A stretch of DNA of 63,645 bases, the filler included. It is 4 parts of 4 records of this genome, joined end to end, with 100 filler letters (N's around TTAATTAATTAA, not from the genome) between each part and the next. Parts side by side here need not be neighbours in the genome. Positions count along the whole stretch, not along the records: positions 29,179 to 46,753 come from DRR723986_9585; positions 46,854 to 63,645 come from DRR723986_9587; 2 more parts are not named here. One strand, given 5' to 3'. Under the pieces are notes generated by a model. It saw only the letters and a list, made by a program, of their open reading frames with translations. It made no database searches and was not told where the DNA came from. Positions 40,571 through 49,440 of the stretch are shown here, in pieces. Both the position numbers and the translations under genes were made by a program. Numbering within the stretch: position 1 is the stretch's first letter; each line of letters opens with the position of its first letter.

Positions 40571-40755
40571 AAGTATTGACCATAATTTGAACAGTTCAAG
40601 TGAGAGGCGCTTTCGTTTGAAAACATTTTTTCATATTGCATCAGTGGTTATACTGCGGCCTTTCGTTATGCGGTTCTCAGGGCCACCACTGCAATCCGGC
40701 CCCGGCTGTAATACAATGACAGCTACCGCTAATGCCCGACTCCCATGAGGTATGC

Positions 40756-41175
40756 ATGTCTGAGCACGACGACAAAAATCCTGAAAATGATCCGCAACTG
40801 GCGGGCAAGATCAAGGATTCCGCCCGGCAAATCTGGCTGGCTGGGCTTGGCGCCTACACCAAAGCGGAAGAGGACGCCGGCAAGTTCTTTGATCGTCTGG
40901 TTCAGGAAGGCGAACAGCTGGAGAGCAAAACCCGGGGTGTGGTCGAGAAACAGATCCGCACCGTGGAAGATCGGGTAGGCGAGGTTCGTGAGCGGGCCAC
41001 CGGTACCTGGGACAAGCTCGAGCATATGTTCGACCAGCGGGTTTCTGGCGCACTCCGTCGCCTGGGCATCCATCGCCGGGAAGAAATCGAAGCTATGGAG
41101 CGCCGTATCGAGGCATTGGAAAGTGAGCTGTCCAGGCTGCGCGGCCAGAACACTGCGCGCGACGAGGAAGAATAA
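40756..41175 (+). CDS. PhaF/PhaI-like phasin (PHA granule-associated protein)
   Basis: SARQIWLAGLGAY, FDRLVQEGE, WDKLE..FDQRV..AL.RLGI. Confidence 0.9.
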   Translation: MSEHDDKNPENDPQLAGKIKDSARQIWLAGLGAYTKAEEDAGKFFDRLVQEGEQLESKTRGVVEKQIRTVEDRVGEVRERATGTWDKLEHMFDQRVSGALRRLGIHRREEIEAMERRIEALESELSRLRGQNTARDEEE

Positions 41176-41178
41176 ACT

Positions 41179-41826
41179 CTAGAGATAGGTCCGGCTGGTG
41201 AGCCGGACCTGTTCCTGCTCGTCCTCGTTCAGGTAGGGCAGCAACAGGTGCAACATCTGATAGACCCCGCGGCCCGGGTCCACTGACTCCCTGTCATTCA
41301 GATGCGAGAGCGTGTCGAAGCTGCTCCAGTAACACACGGTAAGGGTAAGCTGCTCACAGACCGAAGCCAGTTCATCCTCACCGATCGTCATGATGCCTTG
41401 CCGGCGAAAACTCTCACACAGCGTGTTGAACGCCAATTCCTTCTTCTTGAGAATCCTGCGAAATCGAACCTGAAGCTGATCGTAGCGGGACAGGACATTG
41501 ACCAGGTCCTGGTACAGGAAACGGTAGCGGGCCACGGCTTCAAACAGCAGATGCAGGAAGAAGCTGAACTGGTCCATGGGCACGTCTGCTTCCTCGGGCA
41601 CCGCCAGAAGATCCAGCATCTCTGCCTCATAGGCCCGGAACAGCTCCTCAACAATATCGCCTTTGCTTTTGAAGTGGTAATACAGGTTGCCGGGGCTGAT
41701 CTCCAGCTCATCAGAGATCAGCAGGGTGGTGACGTTGGGCTCCCCAAGACTGTTGAACAGCTGCAGGCTGGTGTCGAGGATCCGATCCCTGGTTTTGACT
41801 TTCTTCATCCGTAATGGCCTGGTCAA
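41179..41826 (-). CDS. TetR-family regulator (PhaD-like)
   Basis: KTRDRIL..SL.LFN..GEPNVTT..I..EL.ISPGNLYYHF; adjacent to the phasin gene. Confidence 0.9.
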   Translation of the reverse strand: MTRPLRMKKVKTRDRILDTSLQLFNSLGEPNVTTLLISDELEISPGNLYYHFKSKGDIVEELFRAYEAEMLDLLAVPEEADVPMDQFSFFLHLLFEAVARYRFLYQDLVNVLSRYDQLQVRFRRILKKKELAFNTLCESFRRQGIMTIGEDELASVCEQLTLTVCYWSSFDTLSHLNDRESVDPGRGVYQMLHLLLPYLNEDEQEQVRLTSRTYL

Positions 41827-42639
41827 TCAGAGGTCGAATGAAGCCCATACCGGGCAGTGATCAGATGGCCGCTCCATTGCCCGGATGTCGTAGGATACTC
41901 CGGCCTCTTTGGCCTTGGGCAGGAGGCTGTCGCTGGCCATGATCAGGTCAATGCGCAGGCCGCGCCTCGGGTCACGTTCAAAGCCTTTGCTGCGGTAGTC
42001 AAACCAGCTGAAGGTGTTGGCTTCGTCCGGGTGCAGATGGCGGAACACATCGGTAAAGCCCCGTTGCTCAACCTGCCCGAGCCATTCCCGCTCTTCCGGC
42101 AGGAAACTGCATTTTCCGGAACGCAACCAGCGTTTGGCGTTATCGGCACCAATGCCGATGTCGCGGTCGGTGGGCGATATGTTCATGTCGCCCATCACCA
42201 GAATATGGCCAGGTTTCTTGGCTAGCTCGTCCAGATAGGACATCAGGTCGGCGTAGAATTTCTCCTTGGCAGGAAATTTCACCGGATGATCCCGGCTCTC
42301 CCCCTGGGGGAAGTATCCATTGATGACGGTCAGCGGCTCGCCGTTAACGGTGAAATGGCCGGTAATCAGGCGCCGCTGGGAGTCTTCGCCATCGGAGGGG
42401 TAGCCCTTGACGACCTGTTCCGGCTCGGCGCGGGATAGCAGGGCAACACCGTAGTGGGTTTTCTGGCCATGAAAGTGAACGTGATAACCGAGCTCGCGAA
42501 TGGCTTCGACCGGGAAGTCCTCGTCAGTGACCTTGGTTTCCTGAAGACCGATGACATCCGGGTTCAGCTGTTGAATCACGGCTTCAAGCTGATGCAGGCG
42601 GGTGCGGATACTGTTCACATTGAACGACACAAACATCAT
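41827..42639 (-). CDS. xthA: Exodeoxyribonuclease III
   Basis: SFNVNS, GLQETK, GDMN, WFDYRS, GLRID, SDHCPV. Confidence 0.96.
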   Translation of the reverse strand: MMFVSFNVNSIRTRLHQLEAVIQQLNPDVIGLQETKVTDEDFPVEAIRELGYHVHFHGQKTHYGVALLSRAEPEQVVKGYPSDGEDSQRRLITGHFTVNGEPLTVINGYFPQGESRDHPVKFPAKEKFYADLMSYLDELAKKPGHILVMGDMNISPTDRDIGIGADNAKRWLRSGKCSFLPEEREWLGQVEQRGFTDVFRHLHPDEANTFSWFDYRSKGFERDPRRGLRIDLIMASDSLLPKAKEAGVSYDIRAMERPSDHCPVWASFDL

Positions 42640-42717
42640 GGGCGCAGAATCTCCGGGAAAATTTTTCCGGAGTTTAACACACCCCAGGCCCGGTGCCGTC
42701 TGGCAGCCGCGACCGGA

Positions 42718-43455
42718 TTACCGTGTCAGTTCACAATCCGGCAAGCGGGCAACCTTATAGCGAATGTGGGCAATGTGGTTGGATTCGGCATCTTGCCGGA
42801 TGTTGGTCAACCCCAGATAGTCGGTCAGTGCGCCGTCTGAGCTATAGCCCAGCACGATGGGATCCACCAGAAACCGTAATACCAGACTTGTGGGACGGAT
42901 CTGCACGGTCACCTCTGCGTTCACCTTTACAGAAGTGGCTGGCTCCAGAACAAAACCGTAGTGATCGCCCCGGGTGGGGGCCAGAAACCGGAATTCCACA
43001 GACTCGCCTTGTTGGACGCGTTCCCAGTTTGCCCGGACAAAGTAATCAAAACCTGAATCCACCACCAGGCTCTGGTCAAAGGGGACCATGAATTCGCGGG
43101 TGTCTCCCGCTGGACTCTGCCAGACGATATTGAGTGCCTGCTCCTGCGGGTAGGTGATGGTTAACGCTTCACCGAAGCTTGGCTGGCGGAACTCAACCTG
43201 AGGCCTGAACGCAGATTTATTGTAAGACAGCGATTTGCTGGCGAACTCGTCTCCGCTTTCCGGATTCCGGTAGGAAACCTGGTGATCAACCGGGGCAAAG
43301 ACCCCCTCGGAGCAGGTGCCCTCAACCCGATGATCCTCCTGGTAAAGCGATTTCCCATCCTGTTTGGCCGTACCTGTGAATTCAAATACGGCTCCAGCAG
43401 CGGGGGGCGCGGCGGCTGCCAGAAGAGCGAGAACGGCTGAAGTACTTGGCTTCAT
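42718..43455 (-). CDS. Hypothetical exported protein
   Basis: Signal peptide MKPSTSAVLALLAAA, VVDSGFDYFVR motif; ATGA-coupled to the upstream DUF2878 gene. Confidence 0.75.
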   Translation of the reverse strand: MKPSTSAVLALLAAAAPPAAGAVFEFTGTAKQDGKSLYQEDHRVEGTCSEGVFAPVDHQVSYRNPESGDEFASKSLSYNKSAFRPQVEFRQPSFGEALTITYPQEQALNIVWQSPAGDTREFMVPFDQSLVVDSGFDYFVRANWERVQQGESVEFRFLAPTRGDHYGFVLEPATSVKVNAEVTVQIRPTSLVLRFLVDPIVLGYSSDGALTDYLGLTNIRQDAESNHIAHIRYKVARLPDCELTR

Positions 43456-43976
43456 GTTTCGAGCTCCGTATACAGGGCCTTTCGAATGAACAGCAGCAAC
43501 GGAAACAGGACGAACCAGCCGACGGCCATGGCGACCAGGGAAACTGTCAGGTCCGGCAGCGCCACTATACCGAGCTGGCTGGCGGACCAATAGGCAAAGG
43601 GGCCGGCAATGGGGGCCAGAGCCCACGGCAACCACTGGCGCTGGCTGATCCAGTCCAGGGAATGACACAGGGTGGTCATGAAGATTGCCCAGATCGCGAT
43701 GAGCCAGGGCGGGGCCGCCAGCACCTCTTCTCCGGAATCCAGGGCCAGCACCCCGGTTTGGAACCAGAATGTATCCATCAGTCCGCCGAGCACCACGCCA
43801 AAGCCAATAAACTGCAGTTCGGAAAACCGCTGTTGACTGACCAGAGCAAGATGTAGCCCCAGGAACACCAGGATCAGCCCAACCGTAGCTAGCCCGGGGT
43901 ACAGCACGCAGGCCAGCCAGCCTGTCTGGAACAGTATAAAGTTCAGCAGGTTACGGGCGTTTGTTGAAGTGATCAT
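43452..43976 (-). CDS. DUF2878-like membrane protein
   Basis: NFILFQTGWLACV, PPWLIAIW..F.TT, GPFAY; ATGA-coupled to cfa. Confidence 0.8.
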   Translation of the reverse strand: MITSTNARNLLNFILFQTGWLACVLYPGLATVGLILVFLGLHLALVSQQRFSELQFIGFGVVLGGLMDTFWFQTGVLALDSGEEVLAAPPWLIAIWAIFMTTLCHSLDWISQRQWLPWALAPIAGPFAYWSASQLGIVALPDLTVSLVAMAVGWFVLFPLLLFIRKALYTELET

Positions 43977-45247
43977 ACACTCAGAATATTCGCGCGTTTG
44001 TTGGCCGGCTTGGCCATGACCAGATGGGCAACGCCAATCGCCCGCTCGCTGAAGCCAGCTTCGCAGTACGCGAAATAGAAATGCCACAGGCGCTGGAAGG
44101 CCTGGTCGTATCCCAGCTGTTCCAGTTCCTGACGGCGCACCATGAACCGATCACACCAGTCCCTCAGCGTTCGGGCGTAGTGAAAGCCGAAGTCTTCGGC
44201 ATGGGTCAGTACCAGGTCTGAGCCCCGGTTCATAGAGCCAAGAATAGCGCCAAACGATGGGATAAAGCTGCCGGGGAAAATGTAACGCTGGATGAAATCC
44301 ACATTCTTCAATGCCCGGTGGTAACGCTGTTCCGGCATGTTAATGGCCTGAATCAGCGCCAGGCCATCCGGCTTCAGCAGGTGGCTGATCTGGGACAGGT
44401 AGCTGTCGAGGAATTGAGGGCCAACGGCTTCGATCATCTCGATGGACACCAGTTTGTCGAACTGTCCCTGCAGATCGCGGTAGTCGTCAAACAACAGCGT
44501 AATCCTGTCTTCCAGACCTTCCGCTTTCACTCGCGCCTGGGCCAGCTCCAGCTGCTCCCTGGATATGGTGGTTGTGGTGACATGGCAGCCATAGTGTTTG
44601 GCGGCGTGAATGGCGAAACCACCCCAGCCAGTGCCGATTTCCACCACCCGGTCCTCCGGGCGCAAATCCAGCTTCCGGCAGATGGTATCCAGCTTGTGAA
44701 CGGCCGCTTCTTCCAGGGTTGCATCCTCGCTGGGGTAAATGGCGGAGGAATACATCATGGTCGGGTCCAGGAACAGGCGGAACAGGTCATTGCCCAGATC
44801 GTAGTGGGCGCTGATGTTCTTGCGGGAGCCTTCCGGGGTGTTGCGGTTCAGCCAGTGCAGCGCCTTGAGCGCAGGTTTGCTGATCCAGGCAAAGCGGTCT
44901 TCGAACCGGTTCATGGTGTCGATGTTACGGGTAAAAAACCGGAGCAGGGCGGTCAGGTCTGGCGAGCTCCAGTCACCTGCCACGTAGGATTCGGCAGCGC
45001 CGATGCTGCCACCGGTGACCAGATCCCGCCAGGTGCTGTGATTGTGGATTACCAACTCGGCCTGGGGATAGCGTTCATCGCCATCACCGAATACAAGGTC
45101 CTGTGCACCTGCCTCCCTGATCACAAGCTTGCCATGACCAAGCTGCGCCAGCTGCTGGCAAACCAGGCTCTTTGCGACGCGGCTGATCAACGAAAGTCCC
45201 GTGCTGCCAGTGTGCTGGTGTTCAACCGAGGTGTTCAGGTTCTCCAT
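43973..45247 (-). CDS. cfa: Cyclopropane-fatty-acid synthase-family SAM methyltransferase (CfaS/UfaM-like)
   Basis: HYDLGN, MMYSSA, EIGTGWG, SIEMIEAVG, YIFPG, YFAYCEAGF. Confidence 0.9.
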   Translation of the reverse strand: MENLNTSVEHQHTGSTGLSLISRVAKSLVCQQLAQLGHGKLVIREAGAQDLVFGDGDERYPQAELVIHNHSTWRDLVTGGSIGAAESYVAGDWSSPDLTALLRFFTRNIDTMNRFEDRFAWISKPALKALHWLNRNTPEGSRKNISAHYDLGNDLFRLFLDPTMMYSSAIYPSEDATLEEAAVHKLDTICRKLDLRPEDRVVEIGTGWGGFAIHAAKHYGCHVTTTTISREQLELAQARVKAEGLEDRITLLFDDYRDLQGQFDKLVSIEMIEAVGPQFLDSYLSQISHLLKPDGLALIQAINMPEQRYHRALKNVDFIQRYIFPGSFIPSFGAILGSMNRGSDLVLTHAEDFGFHYARTLRDWCDRFMVRRQELEQLGYDQAFQRLWHFYFAYCEAGFSERAIGVAHLVMAKPANKRANILSV

Positions 45248-46137
45248 GAGCTTACCCTTCCTGCCGAATCAAATGCGTTGTCTTGTTGTGCCGGTGCTTT
45301 TTCCGTTACGTCCAGCCCCAGATCTTCGATACCGCGCTGGTAGGCGCTGTCGGTTGCATCGAGTTTGTCCGGGTGGGTGTAAAAGGGTGCCCCTTTGAGT
45401 TTCAGCTTCAGGGCATTCCAGTAAATACCGGCAACGCCTTTGATGGTTTCCAGGGGAAACCGTCTAAGGCTCCTGTGCAGTGTTTTACGATCAAGAGGGG
45501 TGCGTTGGACTACCAGCGTGGCATCAAAATGCTTGTGGCCTTCCTCTTCCACGTTCATATGAATGCGCATGTCCTTGCCGCGAAAACTGAACAGCCACTG
45601 GTAGTGCTGGTTCATGCCGTTAAATGGCGACACATGGAAGCGTTTGCTGAAGGCAAAACGTTCGGTATGCCAGGCGCTATCGGAGCCTGGCCCTGGCTGG
45701 GCGCACTCCATGCAGTACACATGGCGCTGTTTCCAGGGCGTATTGGTTATCTGGGCGACGATCACGCGGGGGATGGCGCCGGCTTCCGGCCTGCAGCCCC
45801 TTTCATAGCAAAGGTAAAAGCTGACCGGATTGAAAATGTAGCCAAGATAGCGTGGGTGGGTAACCAGTTCTATTGGCCCGTCCGGTGCCCAACCGGTGGC
45901 GCTCTTAACGCGGTTGAATACGGCCTGGCGCAGGCTGGGCACTTCCGGGTCCAGGTAATCCCGGCGGTAGAGTCCCAGCCAGTTAAAACGTTCGAGGGAG
46001 AAGAACGGGCTGGTTCTGGTTACCGTGGACCAGTCATCAAGGTCGAGGGCAAGCATACCGATGTTGTAGCTGAATTCATGCTGAACCGGTAACTTGCGCC
46101 GATGCCTAATGGTGCCTTCCAGCCATTCACTGGCCAT
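45235..46137 (-). CDS. DUF1365 protein (UfaO-like)
   Basis: G.IRHRR..H.FSY, FNPVSFY, NTPW, K.FHVSPF. Confidence 0.88.
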   Translation of the reverse strand: MASEWLEGTIRHRRKLPVQHEFSYNIGMLALDLDDWSTVTRTSPFFSLERFNWLGLYRRDYLDPEVPSLRQAVFNRVKSATGWAPDGPIELVTHPRYLGYIFNPVSFYLCYERGCRPEAGAIPRVIVAQITNTPWKQRHVYCMECAQPGPGSDSAWHTERFAFSKRFHVSPFNGMNQHYQWLFSFRGKDMRIHMNVEEEGHKHFDATLVVQRTPLDRKTLHRSLRRFPLETIKGVAGIYWNALKLKLKGAPFYTHPDKLDATDSAYQRGIEDLGLDVTEKAPAQQDNAFDSAGRVSSWRT

Positions 46138-46139
46138 AA

Positions 46140-46753
46140 TCAGAGCTCCACCCCGAACGCCCGGGTAACCCTCAGTGCGCTGCGCACACCGTCTTCGTGA
46201 AAGCCATTGAACCAGTAGGCACCGCAAAAGTGGGTGCGGTTCCGGTTACCGATGTCATCGTAACGCTCCTGTGCGGCAACGGCGTCCAGTGTGAAGACGG
46301 GGTGATCGTATTCAAACCGTTTGATCACCTTTTCCGGATTAATACCCCGACTGCGGTTCAGGGTGACGCAGAAGGTTTCCGGCGCATCGTCGAAGTTCTG
46401 AAGAACATTCATGTTGTAGGTTACAGATACCGGTTGGGTACTGTGTTCCGGGATCATGTAATTCCAGGCGGCCCAGGCTAACCGGTTGGATGGCAGCACG
46501 CTGGCGTCGGTGTGTAAAACCACATCGTTCTTCTGGTACGTGATGGCTCCGAGAATGCTTCTCTCGTCGTCGGTGGCATCCTCCAGCATGGCCAGTGCCT
46601 GGTCGCTGTGGCAACCGAAGATGACCTGGTCAAACCGGTGTTCCTGGCCGTTGGCCACGAGAGTAACGCCGTCGGCATCCCGTTTTACCGATGTCACCGG
46701 GCTGTTCAGGTGAGTCTGCTCGCCCAGCCGCTCCATCATTCGATCCACGTAGG
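46140..46753 (-). CDS. FAD-dependent oxidoreductase (amine oxidase-like, UfaD-like), 5' end truncated
   Basis: HSDQAL, AWAAWNY, TYNMN.LQ, Y.HP, CGAYW..GFHEDG. Confidence 0.88.
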
Positions 46754-46853
46754 NNNNNNNNNNNNNNNNNNNNNNNNNNNNNNNNNNNNNNNNNNNNTTA
46801 ATTAATTAANNNNNNNNNNNNNNNNNNNNNNNNNNNNNNNNNNNNNNNNNNNN
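46754..46853. other. Artificial contig linker
   Basis: N-run with central TTAATTAATTAA. Confidence 0.99.
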
Positions 46854-46855
46854 GG

Positions 46856-46883
46856 CGTACACCCCCCGTACACCCCCCGTACA
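46856..46883. repeat. 11-bp tandem repeat (CGTACACCCCC) x2.5 at the contig edge
   Basis: Read directly from the sequence. Confidence 0.8.
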
Positions 46884-46896
46884 GACGTTGCGCGGT

Positions 46897-47637
46897 TTAC
46901 TCGGAAGGGAAGGCGAAGTCCGGCAGTTCCCGGAACGCGTTTTTCAGGGCGACACCCCAGCCGGTCGAGATTTCCTCGAAATAGGGATTGTCGGGCTGAA
47001 TCCGCATCTCTCTGCCGCGCTTCATGCTGTCGGCATCATAGGCATGCAGATCCAGCGGCAGGCTGACCGAGAGGTTGGCCTTGATCGTCGAATCGAAAGA
47101 CACGAGAAGCAGTTTTATGGCGTCCTCAAAGCTCATGTCCGGTTCAAACGCACGCACAAGGATCGGGCGGCCATATTTGGTTTCGCCGATCTGGAAGAAG
47201 GGCGTGTCCTCGCTGGCTTCGATGAAGTTGCCCTCCGGGTAGATCATGAACATCCGGGCTTCGCCGTCGCCGACCTGACCGCCGACAATGATGGTCGCGG
47301 AAAACATCGCGTCCGCCTGCTGGCCGGTATCTGCGTGGCTGGCGATGACCTCTTTCAGCGTGTCGCCGATCAGGGTGGCGACCTGAAACATTGACTTGGC
47401 CCTGTAGATGCCGGGATTGCGGTCATCGGGGGCCTTGCCACGTTCTTCCAGCAGGCTGATCACTGACTGCGTGGTCGCCAGATTTCCCGCCGTCATGATG
47501 GTGATGCAGCGCTCGCCGGGTTCCTCGAAGATGAACATCTTGCGGAAGGTGGAAATGTTGTCGATGCCGGAATTCGTGCGGGTGTCCGACATGAACACCA
47601 ATCCCCGGTTCAGTTTCAGCCCCACGCAATAGGTCAC
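46897..47637 (-). CDS. Anbu proteasome-type Ntn protease
   Basis: (M)TYCVG with catalytic Thr1, SDTRTN, AGNLATTQ, QIGETKYGRPIL. Confidence 0.94.
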   Translation of the reverse strand: MTYCVGLKLNRGLVFMSDTRTNSGIDNISTFRKMFIFEEPGERCITIMTAGNLATTQSVISLLEERGKAPDDRNPGIYRAKSMFQVATLIGDTLKEVIASHADTGQQADAMFSATIIVGGQVGDGEARMFMIYPEGNFIEASEDTPFFQIGETKYGRPILVRAFEPDMSFEDAIKLLLVSFDSTIKANLSVSLPLDLHAYDADSMKRGREMRIQPDNPYFEEISTGWGVALKNAFRELPDFAFPSE

Positions 47638-47676
47638 TGCCGTCGTCCTCTTTGATTCCGTTGCCTAGAAATCAGG

Positions 47677-48495
47677 CTATTGCTGAACTTGCAAGCTGAC
47701 TTGAAGGTGTTCGTCGCCCGCGCCCTGTCGAATGCCCATGATCGGGGCGGCATCGCGGTAGTCGCGGCCCGTGGCGACGCGGACATAGCGGGCATCTGGG
47801 CAGATCCCGTTCGACACGTCAAAGCCGACCCAGCCAAGGGCCTCGGTCCAGATTTCGCACCAGGCATGGCTTGCGTCCTGATCCACCCGGTCGTTCATCA
47901 TCAGATAGCCCGAGACATAGCGGGCGGGATGACCAAGCTGGCGCGCGGCGGCGATCATGATCTGGGCGTGATCCTGACAGACACCATGGCCCGCGGTCAG
48001 GGCCGCTTCGGCGGTTGTGTCGCTGTTGGTGCGCCCGGTTTCATAAGCCACCTGGGTCAGGATCATTTCCGACAAGGCGTGCAATTGCGCCAGTGGATCG
48101 AGATCTTCTGTTTCTGATTTCAACTGGCGTGCCAGGGCGCGGATGGCGGGGCCGGGGGTGGTGTTCGGGGTGGGGGTTTCGAACAGCCACAGTGGGGCAA
48201 AGCCCTTGTGGGTGCCGATGACGCCATGGTTGTCCTCGACCTCGACCGTACCCTCGCTGCGGATCTCTATCCGGGTTGCGCCGGGGTCGACCTTGACCAG
48301 TTCGGTGTGGTTGACGAACTGGTCGGAAAAGCTGGCTTGCTTGGTGCCGCCGGTGATCGTCGAAGACCAATCCAGAACCGTCTGCCCATGCCCGGATCGG
48401 GGCACAAGACGCAGCTGTTGCAACGCGTAATGCACCGGCTGGTCATAGGTGTAGGTGGTCACATGGGTGATCCGAAGAAGATTGCGCACGGTCAT
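47677..48495 (-). CDS. Bacterial transglutaminase-like protein
   Basis: H.T.Y.Y N-domain; GVCQDHA, RYVSGY, SHAW and FD triad residues; GRDY.D. Confidence 0.92.
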   Translation of the reverse strand: MTVRNLLRITHVTTYTYDQPVHYALQQLRLVPRSGHGQTVLDWSSTITGGTKQASFSDQFVNHTELVKVDPGATRIEIRSEGTVEVEDNHGVIGTHKGFAPLWLFETPTPNTTPGPAIRALARQLKSETEDLDPLAQLHALSEMILTQVAYETGRTNSDTTAEAALTAGHGVCQDHAQIMIAAARQLGHPARYVSGYLMMNDRVDQDASHAWCEIWTEALGWVGFDVSNGICPDARYVRVATGRDYRDAAPIMGIRQGAGDEHLQVSLQVQQ

Positions 48496-49436
48496 TGAGT
48501 GAACCTGAAATCGGTCTGGATGAGGCTGGCCAGTTCAGCTGTATCATTGATGCTGGCGGTCAGGAATTCATGCAGACCTTCGTCGAAGATGGATTGAACG
48601 GTCGCCGCATTCAGCCCCGCGCAGATGCGATCGGCCAGCGCGTGGCAATCGTGGCGGAGGCCATAATCGTCGGCCAGCCAGTTCAGGTTTTCCCCGATCT
48701 TTGAGAAACAGAAGGCCATGGACCGGGGCATGCGTTTGTCGAGGATCAGGAAATCGGCAATGCCCTGTGGCGTGGTTTCGCCGCCATTCAGCCAGCGATA
48801 GCTGCGTTCTGCGGACACCGATCGCAGGATGATTTCCCACTGCACATTGTCGATGCGGCTGCCGACAAACGAGGCCGAGGGCAGCAGCACATAGTATTTC
48901 ACATCAAGAATGCGGGCGGTGTTGTCGGCGCGTTCCAGAAAGGTGCCAAGCCGCGAGAAAGCAAAGATATCGTTGCGCAGCATGGTGCCGTGCAATGCGC
49001 CGCGCACGACCGAGGTGCGAAAGCGGATCGTGGCCAGCAGCTCATGCAGGTTGCGTTCTGACACCGGCCGGGTCAGCGCCGCTTTGACGGCCATCCAGCA
49101 TTCATTCACCGCCTCCCACACTTCCGAGGACAGGGCGGTCCGCACCAGCCGCGCATTGGACCGGGCGGCTTCGATGGAATTCAGCACCGAGGAGGGGTTG
49201 TCGCGGTCGCGCAGCAGGAAGTTGATGACCGAGGCAGACTCGAAACTGTCGAACTTTTCGCAATAGGCGGCTTCGCTTCCTGCCGTGCTGATCACCGACT
49301 GCCATTCATTCGATTCCCCGTCACTTCGGGTCAAGGCGATGCGCCAGCCGGCCTCCAGCAGCCGTGCGGTGTTTTCGGCGCGTTCAATGTAGCGGAACAT
49401 CCAGAACAGCCCGCCTGCGGTTTTTCCCAGCATCAT
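48492..49436 (-). CDS. Alpha-E domain protein (DUF403)
   Basis: LFWMFRYIERAEN and LERADNTARILDVK ER motifs. Confidence 0.93.
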   Translation of the reverse strand: MMLGKTAGGLFWMFRYIERAENTARLLEAGWRIALTRSDGESNEWQSVISTAGSEAAYCEKFDSFESASVINFLLRDRDNPSSVLNSIEAARSNARLVRTALSSEVWEAVNECWMAVKAALTRPVSERNLHELLATIRFRTSVVRGALHGTMLRNDIFAFSRLGTFLERADNTARILDVKYYVLLPSASFVGSRIDNVQWEIILRSVSAERSYRWLNGGETTPQGIADFLILDKRMPRSMAFCFSKIGENLNWLADDYGLRHDCHALADRICAGLNAATVQSIFDEGLHEFLTASINDTAELASLIQTDFRFTQ

Positions 49437-49440
49437 CGGC

